DNA from: Felis catus
Taxonomy: Eukaryota
NCBI RefSeq assembly: GCF_018350175.1
Contig: NC_058368.1
Location: forward strand, 51,151,815 to 51,215,814
Reading direction: 5' to 3'
Length of the DNA stretch: 64,000 nucleotides
The translations under genes were made by a program, and so were the position numbers. The stretch's first letter is position 1; each line of letters begins with the position of its first letter. The notes beneath the pieces were generated by a model that had not been told where the DNA came from, did no database searches, and was given only the letters and a program-made list of their open reading frames with translations. Positions 52,986-64,000 of the stretch are shown here, one piece after another.

Positions 52986-54357
52986 AAAATAGATGCAGAG
53001 AGAGGACCTACAAGAGATACAGCCAGAGCCCCCAGCCCTGGAGGTATCCCAGCGATTGCATTTGTTTTGTTTGTTTTTTGCTTACTGAAGTTATTTTAAA
53101 TTTGCTTTCTTTTGCTTGCAATCAAAACGCCTAACCAGTATACACGTGACCTGGAAAGGCTCCTCCTTGGGTCTCAAATGATGTTTCCTTTTACCTGAAA
53201 GGTGATTGTGGAGTTTGGTCTCACTGTGTCCCATGTCTGGGCACGTGGGTGGGAAGTGGCATCTTCTCCGTAAGTGCCATTAACTGAGGGTGATTCTGCC
53301 TCGTTATACAGGGATGGTGGAAGGCTGGGATGGGCCTGACTCGGCTGGAGTCCCGGGAAAATGAGTGGGCATGATGACTGCCTCTTTTTCCTGCCATCCA
53401 CGTGGACAGGTCCACCAAATCTTACTATAAGAAAGACACATGAAATTCTTTCCCGAGGGGCAGGCAGCTCTCCCACGATCCTGTTCTGCGTTCACAGGAT
53501 GTGCAAGCTGGAACAAACTACTCGACATTTTTTGTGCTTCAGTGTCCTCACCTGTCAAGTGGGAATAATAATAATAAAAATAACAATATCTACCACGCAG
53601 AGTTGTCATTAGAACTGAGTTAATGCCTGTAAAGCATGTGGGTCAGCGGCAGGCATACAGTAAATGCCCAGTAAATGTTAGTCAGCGCTGCTATCATTAT
53701 TACTGGTTCTGATTCCTCTGGTGAGGACGCTCACTCCTCTAGGATGGCTTGCCTCAGCAACACCACTTCTCTGGGTTTTTCCAGAGAAAAATAGCCTAAT
53801 GAAACTATTTCGTTTTAGGCCATCTCTATTTTAATTCTGTCTAGGGTTAGATTGTAAGCTTCTCAAAGGGAAGAAGTGACAGGAACCTTGTCTTTCAAGC
53901 CACTGTCTGACCCATTTTCTGCATTATCTTCCCAAAACACGTGTGTTTCCTCAAAAAAATCTGAAGATCGGTGACAAAATTCAGACTGTTGAGAATGGGA
54001 TTCTAAGCCAGTATTGTTTATTAGAAATATATACAAGTCACATATGCAATTTAAAATTTTCTAAATTAAAAAAATTTAATTTTCTAAATTAAAAAAAAAG
54101 TAAAAAGGGACAGGTAAAATTCACTTCAATAATATGTGTTATTTAACCGAGTCAGTCCCAACTATTATATTTCAATATGTAAGCAATTTAAAAAAATAAC
54201 TTGATAGTTTCAATTCTTTGCCTTTTAGTACTAAATCTTTGCAAACCCTTGGGCTGGTTGTTTAACCTCTGTGAGTCTGAGCTGCCTCATCTGCCAAAGA
54301 AAAACAGTTGTTCACAGGTTTGTGGAAGAAGAAAGTGTGATAATGCCCATGAAGCCC

Positions 54358-54840
54358 ATTGTATTTGTTCTTACTGCTGCTGTAACATATTACCACAGAC
54401 TTAGTGGTTTCAAACAATACAGATTTACTAATGTATATAGTTCTGGAGACCAAAGTCCAAATGGGCTAAAATCAAGATGCTGGTAAAGCTGCATTCTATC
54501 TAGAGGTTCTAGTGGAAAATGTGTCTCCTTACCTTTTGCAGCTTCGACAGGCTGCTTGCATTCCTTGCGGGCTCACCCCTTCCTCCATCTTCAAAGCCAA
54601 GCAGTGTAGGGTCTTCTAGGCTCCTTCTCTGGCTTTATTCTTCTTGCCACATTTTTCCCGTATTAGGACTCACATGTGATTACACTGGGCCTGCTGGATT
54701 AATCCAGGAAACTCTGCCCATGTCAAGGCCTGTACCCTTAATCACATCTGCAAAGTTCCTTTTGCTGCTAGAGGCCACCTAGTCACATCTCCCGGGGATT
54801 AGGACGTGGGCATCTTTGGGGGCTGTTATTCTGCCTCCCA
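54358..54840 (+). mobile_element. MaLR (MLT1-like) solo LTR
   Basis: gctgctgtaacatattaccacagacttagtgg...aatcacatctgcaaagttcctttt...ggattaggacgtgggcatctttggggg. Confidence 0.75.
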
Positions 54841-55267
54841 TGCTCATGCATTGGCACAGGGGTTGGCTACTGTAAGCCCTCAACAAATATTCTCTCGTTA
54901 GAAAACCTCGATTATAGTTCTTAACAACAGTGTATTATTTACACGCTTTTGTATTTGTGTTCTGTGAAGGTCTTATTTCTAGCACTTGGCCCACCACGTT
55001 GCACATATTAACTCAGTAACTCATGTTCATCGAGTAACTTCTATGTGTAAATCATGGTTACTAAGCAGCTGGGAACACAGTTCCCACCCTCATGAGCATG
55101 CACTGTCAACTGTGGATACAGAACGGTGCTCAAATATTTATTAAATGGATTAATAAAGCAAAACAGCTTACGTCCACTTCAGGGGACACATCATTGGTTT
55201 GGTTTTTACCATGCTCTCGCCCTGGGATGCTCTTTCCTACTTTTGCTTGTCAAAATTTATCAATTCT

Positions 55268-55470
55268 TGGAGCGCCTGGGTGGTGCAGTCAGTTGAGTGT
55301 CCAACTCTTGATCTCTACTCGGGTCATGATCTCACAGTTCATGAGTTTGAGCCCCGCATCAGGCTCTGATCCCTACTTGGAATTCTGTCTCTCCTTCTCT
55401 CTGCCCCTCCCCCACTTGTTCTCTCTCTCTGTCTCAAAATAAATAAATAAACATTAAAAAAATTTAAAAA
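55268..55470 (+). mobile_element. CAN-SINE
   Basis: SINE body and tail. Confidence 0.8.
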
Positions 55471-58400
55471 ATGATCCATTCAAGACTAGGCTCATATACC
55501 TGCACTTTGCTTTTTTTGAGGAAATGGACATTGCAAGTTGTAACTGAACATGCTTCCTGTCTTGCCTTGTTAGCCAAGAAACTTGTTTCAAAATTTTTGG
55601 CCTGTTCTCTAGCAACTATTTAAGACTATGTGGTTACTTACTTGACACTCATCTCTAACCTTGGGTTTCCTTTCATAATTTTTTTCAGCATAACTCCCTT
55701 CAGTATTGACCTGTTACAGACTCTGAATTTTTTCTAAGCTACGTTATGTCATTTGTGAAATGAAGACACCATGAGTAAGTCATTTAAAATCTAGTACCCT
55801 CCTGTGTCAGTCAGGCCCTCTGGGAAAAGATGCCAAGATAGAGTTAGAAGTGCAGTAAGTCTGTTTGGGGTAGTGCCTATGAGAGATGAAGGGCAAGGGT
55901 GCAGTGAGAATGGAGGGCCGTCAGACTGTGACTTGGGTGTGGCATCTATGAAATGGTAGAGAGAAGGAAGGTTGGGTAGGAAGAGCTTCCAATTGTAGCG
56001 CTGCTCTAAGAAAGTCTGGGCTGGCCCAGGTTCTGGTGGTTTGCCCAGAAGGGAGCGCTGCCTTGGGCAGAAATGGCCAGGTCCTAGCTCTCCACAGCCC
56101 TGCCACTGGCCAGGGCTTCCCCGGGGAGAGTGCAGCTTTGGACCAAATGCTGTGGCAGGTGTGGAGCTGGAGGCTGTCAGCTAACCATGCTCTGTGACGT
56201 AGGGGCCGCCCCACAAGGAGATCTGAGCTGTGCACTGTCATGTTCCCTTTGTGACTTTGCCTGTGTTGCAAGTGTCCAGTTACTATTTCATAAATTACTT
56301 TTTTGTCATCGAACCAGTTGGTGATGTAATAGCAATAGCATGATGTGGGAGAAAGAGCTTGGGTTTTAGAGACAAAAAGAACTGGATTCACATCTCAGGT
56401 TTTTGTTTTTTTTTTTTTTTTCAGACAAATCTAGATTAGATTAGCTGGGATCTGATGCAAGTCATTTAACTTCTCTAAGCCCTTAAGGTCATGAAATGAG
56501 ATGAACCATGCTGTAGCCTAAAGAATTGCTGGGAGGATTAAATGAAATGCCTACAATTTGGTATCTGCCATTTAGAAGGTGTTGAATAAATGTTCTTTTC
56601 TCCTTTACGTTTCACTTTCAAGTAAGATTTTATTGTGGGAGAAAGTGCTTGTGTAAATACTTTCTCACAAGTATTTTTGACTTAGATTAGGTATTATTTT
56701 TTCTAAGAAATTGTGATTAAAAAAGGGTAAGTGGCTTACTCAAGTTCACAAGTTCGCAGAGGCAGACGCAGGACCCAAACCCAAGCCTTCTGGCTTCAAT
56801 TTCAGCTCTTTAAGTACTGTTGGTGTTTTTCAGGAAAACGAGCTGCAATGTCCCATCTGGGAGCTACTGTCAGAACCACATGACCATGTGCAGGTGGAAC
56901 TCAGTGACAAAGTGGGGAGAGACGTTGGGGCTGAAAAGTCTGAAAAAGAAGGGGAATCAACACCTGTTGTGAATGGAAAGTGAACAGAGAATACAGATTT
57001 TTCAAGTAAACTTATTGACTCTAAGAGTTTTTAGACCTAAGCAGTCTGGCCAGAAAACTGCTTAAAACATGGCTTTTCCTAGGCCTGCAAATATAACAGA
57101 AAAGGGTTTCTTTCCGGATTCCCTAACTCCTGCTATTGTGATTCTGTTGTTTCTTGTCTTTTTCTTGGTGCACAGTATGCTTGAGCCAAAAAGCGTGCCA
57201 AGGCATTTCCCTTCTGTACTTTGTCGTAACTTATTCCTAAGGTTATGTTCTCTGGTTTTGAGATGCTTGGGATATGATTAAATATAGCATCCTCATAAAT
57301 GGAGGTAAGTTTTATCCTTTTGATTTCTAGAATGTTGATTTGAGATGGCTCATTCTACTCAAGCATCTTGTTAGTTTCCTGTTTCCTTTCTTTTCCATGC
57401 CAATTCACACACTGGAACTGATCAATCTGCCAGCTAAGTTAACGGATACAAAATGGTATTCTCTTCAGTTCTCAAGCGTCCGTGATGTCTCCTCTCTGTG
57501 TGACATTCTGAAGGTTGGCTTCATTCCTGTGGCCTGTGATTTTAAATCCACTGTAATTACAATGGCCTCACCACATTCTCCCCTCCAGGTGTCCTGGATA
57601 TTCCTAGGAACAGCTTCCATCTCTGCTCCTACTTTGTGTTTCTTGGAAACATTTAAAGCCAGTTCTGAGCCTGTACCTTCCTTCAGTCTTCTCCCACAGG
57701 ACTTGGCATGGGATGAAGAGGACTGAGGAAGAAGGGAGACACAGCTTCCTAAGTAGATCCTGAGAGTTAGATTCTGGGGCTGAGGGGTTGTCTCGGGAGC
57801 AGGGTCATCCCTTTCTGATGCCTGTTGCCCAACATCCTCACGGCACAATGACTTGTTCTGAAGAAAAAGACTGTATTGCCCTGAAGGTTCTAGAATCTCT
57901 TTTGAACACAGGCAGCCAGTCCCAATTGGCCCTTTGAGGATATAAACATGCCTTCAGAACACTTCTCTTCTTAAAGCTCAAGATTTCTTCATGAAATATT
58001 AACCCAAGGTATTCTGCAGGTTCAGAGTGGATTAGTTCTGCCTGCAACCCTTTTAGCTTGGCTTGGAACCACCAAGAGTGCCCTTAATGACAACAGATTA
58101 CTCCTGCTTTCAAACACATTGGGGCAATTAAAAACTGCTTGCAACTCTGGGGCAACATCACCCAATGCAAAGGGAGTTTGCATAATCCGCTTAAGAGATT
58201 TTAAAAGAAAGTGTTATCATTACTTTTTCAGTGATGGGTCAGATGTATCTTATTTAGATTAAGGGGGACCTGCTTCCTTGCTCAGCAAGCCCAAGAGCTT
58301 GCACATCCAGCAGACCCACAAACTGCATCATGAAGAGATCAATCTGTGATATTCCGATTTTATTTTTGCAGTAAAGTCTCCAACATCAGGAGTTAGACTA

Positions 58401-59210
58401 CTCACACTGCTCTATTACATTTTAGAATGTTCTGCTTACATATTTTTTTTTCTCATGCCTTTCTCTGCCCCTTGAAATGCTACTTATTCTTCAAGATGGA
58501 GCTCAAATGGCCTCTCAGCTATTCCTCTCCTAACAACAACAAAAACCATTAACAGCGATCTTTCCTAAAGCCTGAAGGATAAGACTTGGGCATGTTTATG
58601 AAATTTATTAGAAGATTCTCTAAAGAGTTACCTGTGTTCAGATTTGATCTCTTCATTTTAAGTTTCTTCAAGGCAAACATTATATTGACACATCAATTTA
58701 TGTATTTCCAACAATTGGGAATATACAACAAAACTGAAAAAAACTTTTGTCATTCTCATGAAATAAATAGAAACTGATTTATGATACTTATAAATAACAA
58801 TTGTCAATTTTATGAGTTAACTATAAAAAAAGATCCACAGAAACACACTGTAGTCTGTGAAGAAGAGACAAGTGATTTTGTTGATGATAAAAGTCCAAAA
58901 AGGTTCTGGTTAGTAAGGTAGAGGTTGGTCAATTTCCTAGATGGTTTTTTTCCTGTCTTTGGCATGTGTCTGTTTATTAATACATATATTTATTTGTTCT
59001 TCCCAGTGTTTAATTAAGATTCCAAAATGTACTTCATTACTAGTCTTATTTTCCCTAAGAGTTATGAAAGTTATCTTTGTGTTGTGTCAGTGAATTTTTT
59101 TACAAGGAAAATTGGATGGAATTTAGACCTTAAAGGTATTTAAATTTTGTTTCTGAAGAAACACCTCACACAGTTGTTAGACTTCATCACTGTATAAAAA
59201 TGTACAGTGG

Positions 59211-59216
59211 TTTATT
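59211..59216 (-). terminator. Candidate MYCBP2 polyadenylation signal
   Basis: Minus-strand AATAAA about 680 nt after the stop, flanked by TGTA motifs. Confidence 0.7.
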
Positions 59217-59892
59217 GACATGTACATTCCAATATGTTTACAGCTGCAAGATAATGAGGCACACTCAGTATTGCACTTCATTAAAATTTCAGGCTCAACT
59301 TAACCTAGAAGTTTAAATGAAACTGCATTTGTAATTTAGTAATTCTTATACAGAACAAACATTGATATCTTTATATACAGTGTGATACTTATTACATTTA
59401 TATGCCAGTCCTAACACAATTTTTTTTTTTAAATAACAGTCTAGGAAATAAACCAGAATATTCTTCTTTTCATCCCCACCCGTGATGCAATTATACAGGA
59501 TTACAAAAAAGGCAGTATACAATAAACAATGATTATTTTTCTTTTTTGCTTGAAAGCCAGCATCATTCTTAGTCCATGGGCATGGCGATTCTTTTATATC
59601 AATTATCTATAAATGTTCAATGCTTCACAGGCCAATGACGGTAATGGCCACATGCAAACACCTCACAAGTTTGATGTCTTGGTTCAAAAGAAAATAAACT
59701 GAAATAATGGGGATACTTTCCATAGCAAGAATTATGTACATGGTATTTGGCATCCTTCTTGCACTGTGAATGGTTCATTTTCATGGATGTAAAAATGGTC
59801 CCGTCCTTATCCTGAGCAGAGTTTAAACTTTACCACATCCATTTGGGGGATGAAGGCAACTTCTTCTCTGTAGACAAAGGAATCTGAGTGTT

Positions 59893-60008
59893 CTAAAAAG
59901 TGTGAGCATTTCTGCACACTCCACAGCCCAGAGCAAATTCTTCCCCAGTGGGTGGATGAACAACATGGAGTGGACATTCAGTTCCTTCTAATTGTTTGCC
60001 TTTGGGAC
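59893..60008 (-). CDS. MYCBP2: MYCBP2 (PAM/PHR1 RING-Cys-relay E3 ligase) last coding exon; rest of the gene lies beyond the window
   Basis: Acceptor tatacag|GT. Encodes (G)PKGKQLEGTECPLHVVHPPTGEEFALGCGVCRNAHTF*, the MYCBP2 C-terminus. Too short to appear in the ORF track. Confidence 0.95.
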
Positions 60009-60244
60009 CTGTATACGTTTTGAAGGAGGCAAAAGCATATAATTAAAAAAACACACACATATATACAAACCTAATGTAAATATAAATTACTGATAAGATA
60101 TGCAAAGAAATAACAGGACTACGGTTACACAAATACAAATTTTAAAAATGACAGAATCTACCTACAACATCTTGCCTAGAAATCACCTCTATGAGCTATA
60201 GATTTTATTCTATCAATGAATGAGATACCTCATCTTAAACATTT

Positions 60245-61132
60245 TTATTTTTTTTTTAATGGAAGTACAGTTGACACACATGCTACTTTAATTTCAGGTG
60301 TGCAACATAATGCTTCCACACAGCTATACATTATGCTATGCTTACCCCAAGTGAGCCATACCATCTGTCACCATACAAAGCTATTATAATACCACTGACT
60401 ATATTTCCTATGTTATACCTTTCACTCTGGTGACTTATTCATCCCATAACTAGAAGACTGTATCTCCCACTCCCCTTCACCCATTTTGTGCCTACTTCCC
60501 CCACTCAGAACCATCAGACTGTTCTCTGTATATGGATCTGTTTCTGCTTTTTTGTTTCGTTTAGTTTTTTAGATTCCACATTTAAGCGAAATCATATGGC
60601 ATTTGTCTTTCTCTGACTTATTTCTTATTACTTAGCATAATACCCTCTATGTCTCCATCCATGTTATCACAAAAGGGAAGATCTCTTTCTTTTTATGGCT
60701 GTGTAATATTCTACTCTGTGTATGTGTGTGTGTGTGTGTGTGTATACACATCTTCTTTATCCATTTATCTCTTGATGGGCACCTGGGTTGCTTCTATATC
60801 TTGGCCATTGTAAATAATGTTATAATAAACATAGGAGTACATATATCTTTTTGAATTAGTGTTTTCATTTTCTTTGGGTAAATACCCAGTAGTGGAATTA
60901 CTGGATCATATGGTATTTCTATTTTAAATTTTTTGAGAAACCTCCATATTGTTTTCCACAGTGGCTGCACCAGTTTGCATTCCTACCAATAGTGCACAAG
61001 GGTTCCTTCTAGTCCACATCCTTGCCAACACTGGGTATTTCTTGTCTTTCTGATTCTAACCATTCTAATTGGTGTAAAGTGACACCTCATTGTGGTTTTG
61101 TTTGGCATTTCCCTGATTAGTGAGGTTGAACA
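60245..61132 (-). mobile_element. Older LINE-1 3' fragment in the MYCBP2 last intron
   Basis: L1 ORF2-end and 3' UTR similarity (ttttccacagtggctgcaccagtttgcattcc) with a T-rich tail at the left and an internal (TG)n. Confidence 0.85.
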
Positions 61133-61580
61133 TTAGATATATCATTTTAAAGCAAAGAACAATGAACAAAAATCGTCATGAAAATCTGTCAGTTCAGTTG
61201 AATCGAACACTATTCTGGATGAGAAAATATGGAGACTTTTTAATAGAATGTTTTTCTGCAGGTAAAAACAAATTTAAATGTAAATAAGCCATGTTAGTTC
61301 TCTGAAGAAAACGCACACACTGATGAAATGGAAAGAGTGATTATTAAAGACTGTTATTTTAAAAGTATCTGAAGGAAGGAAGATTAGTAGAAAAATGAAA
61401 ATCAGCTTAAATACATGAATGGTAACATAATATAAAATATAACAATCTGGAAGAAGCACTTAGGGAAAATAGAAAATGAGGCTTAAAAATGTACATAAAA
61501 CTATACTTTTCTATTTTAAAAGACTTGCTATATCATTGTGCTTCATGTCATGTGTTTCTTATCATTTAAAAAGGACTTTT

Positions 61581-61790
61581 AGGGGCACCTGGGTGGCTCA
61601 GTTAAGCGTCCAACTTCAGCTCAGGTCATGATCTCATGGTTCATGGGTTCGAGCCCCATGTCAGGCTCTGTGCTACAGCTCAGAGCTTGAAGCCTGCTTT
61701 GGATTCTGTGTCTCCCTCTCTCTCTGCCCCTCCCCTGCTCGTGCTCTGTTTCACTATTTCTCAAAAATAAGTAAACATTAAAAAAAAAAA
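61581..61790 (+). mobile_element. CAN-SINE
   Basis: SINE body and tail. Confidence 0.85.
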
Positions 61791-62819
61791 AGTAAAGGAC
61801 ATTTAGCTCCTTTATAAATGAGGAACTTGACTGTGTAGGGAATCCTGGCTGGGCTTATACCTGAATACAAGAGTCTCTAACAGCAGAGGAAGAAACAGAA
61901 GTATGCATTTGTTTCCTACAGCTAGTAACCAAAACGATAAATGTAAATTTTGACTCTGAAAGAAAAGTATGAGATTGGATGGAATAAGCTTACCCAGATG
62001 AATGGGGAATGAGATCTTAACTGAATTTAGCTCTTCTAGGTTTAAAAGAAGGAAAACAGGAGGGATAAAAGGCTAGTGTTTATGAAGCTCTTAGCCTGGC
62101 GCAGTATGTTAGCTGTTATTACTACCACTGAACAAGTACAAACTGCCTCTATCCATATAATAGTAAGACCGAGGCAAGAGGGTAAGTATCACACAGGTCA
62201 TCTCAGAGGGAGAAGTCAACTGCTGGTTTCAGCTACCAGACATAAGAGCAGCAGTTAAAACCTACAAAGGTAATTATTCCGGTTATAAATTATAGTGTGT
62301 ATCAGTACCTGCCACCCCAAATCACACTGCACACTGATATTCTGCCCACCCCACTGGTGGGTGGGGGAGACTTGTCAGGAAGAGGGACACTCAAGTACAC
62401 GACACCATAAATGATGGTTCCTGCAAACCGCAGTCCTTGTTTTTTTCTGGGAGAAAATAAACGATCACTTACTCAACAAATATTTACTCAGTGCCTAATG
62501 TGTGAATGGTGTTACATTAGGTGCTTGGGATGTAAAAATGAATAGTACATGGCCCTATCTTCAAGGAGTTAGTAATCTAATCATGAAGGTAAAAAATAGT
62601 AATATAATCATGATGCTAAAAAAAATACAGTGAAAGTAAAAACAAAAGAAAAATCACCCGCAGACACTTGTGTGCTTGCTATTGAGGTACTGCTCTAGTA
62701 TGTCAACTCAATCTTCTACCAGTCATAGAGGCAGGAACTATTGTCCCCATTGTGCAGATAAGAAAAGTGAGGCAAAGTTAACTTAATCTTTCTTGATTCT
62801 TAGGTCCCTCATCTTTTAT

Positions 62820-63042
62820 TTTAGTTTTTTATTTGAAAAAAAATTTTTTAACACTTATTCATTTTTGAGACAGAGTGTGGGTGGGGGAGGGGTAGAGGGA
62901 GAGGGAGACACAGAATCTAAAGCAGGCTCGAGGCTCTGAGCTGTCAGCATGGAGCCTGATGTGGGGCTCAAACTCATGGACCGTGAGATCATGACCTGAA
63001 CTGAAATTGGACGCTTAACCTACTGAGCCACCCAGGAACCCC
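62820..63042 (-). mobile_element. CAN-SINE
   Basis: SINE body with TSD ttaggtccctcatctttta. Confidence 0.88.
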
Positions 63043-64000
63043 TTAGGTCCCTCATCTTTTAAATAGGCACAGCAATATTTAACTCTAAGTATTCTAGCAC
63101 TAAGAAGGTGGTTAATAATTATTTTAGAAAGTAACAGAGGAATGGTCTACTTTAACTTCTTAATCTGGACTCTTGTTCTTATCCATATATTAAAAATTGG
63201 AATTAATGGGTTGACAGTGGTTACAGAATCAATCCCTCCGTCCTTCTAAGTAAAATGTATGGCCATCTTCCCTGCTGATTTCACTGTGGGGTCTGCTTTA
63301 ATTCTATTCCAGTTCTCTATAGGAATGGATGAGTTAATGAGTTAGATGAATGTGAAAGGCTGGGAGAGCATGCCTCAGTCTAAGTGTTACGATCTTAGGC
63401 CAGCTACTGAATTTCTCTGGGCCTTAACTTTCTATCTGTGAAGGTGAGAATAACACCAGCTACCTTGTAGGTTGTAAAAACTAGGTAAGAAAATGTATGT
63501 GAAAATGCCCAGGATTGATGTCAGTTCCCTCCTTCTGTCATCTCTGTAAATCCTCTCCTGCCTCATCCCTCTGGCTCATGGTTGTTTCCAGGGTGAAGTC
63601 CCTGTACTGGCAGAGCTCAGTGATCATGTGAATGTGTGAGGGAAGCCTTGCCTTTGCTGGAACCTCTCAGCGACTATCCACCTCTGTGTTCTCCACACTT
63701 GTTTTATTGCTAGCTAACCTCTTGATTAATTTTAGTGTTTGGTTGTTGTTTTGTCTTCGTTTCTGAACATAGAAGAAACTTTCTTTCATTAAGTAAAAAT
63801 GTGAATTTTCCCTGATGATAATTGCTTGCTTCTAAACTTTCTCAACTAGAAGCTGCTTGTCTCTTGAGCTCCTCTGTGTCATGAAGCCAGGAAGCAAGAC
63901 CGACTCTCCTGGTTCCCATTTACTTCTAGACCACTGACTTACAACTTTCAATTCAATAACCCTCTTCCCGTGAAACTAATATGAGCCAGAAAACTGCCCC

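Noticed and set aside
62309..62420. Minus-strand segment bounded by tttgcag| and |gtactg in the MYCBP2 last intron
   Set aside because: Weak splice signals and no resemblance to the expected penultimate MYCBP2 exon. Probably a chance pseudo-exon.

Overview
Mammalian genomic DNA, almost certainly from a felid: it carries dense tRNA-derived SINEC_Fc-type CAN-SINEs and a young carnivore L1. The window holds the conserved CLN5-FBXL3-MYCBP2 block. CLN5 is complete (+, 4 exons, 352 aa). FBXL3 is complete (-, one inferred non-coding exon plus 4 coding exons, 428 aa) and converges tail-to-tail with CLN5. The last coding exon and 3' UTR of MYCBP2 (-) are also present. The most notable extra signal lies upstream of CLN5 on the minus strand: intron-separated remnants of an ES1/GATD3 (DJ-1/PfpI superfamily) paralog, head-to-head with CLN5. 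It shows an exon-phase error, an in-exon deletion, two compensating frameshifts and apparent loss of the nucleophile-elbow Cys, so it looks like a decayed unitary pseudogene. The rest is mostly SINE, LINE, LTR and DNA-transposon sequence, and most short ORFs in the track are repeat-derived noise. Gene and repeat names come from recalled family sequences, not database searches. Repeat boundaries are approximate.
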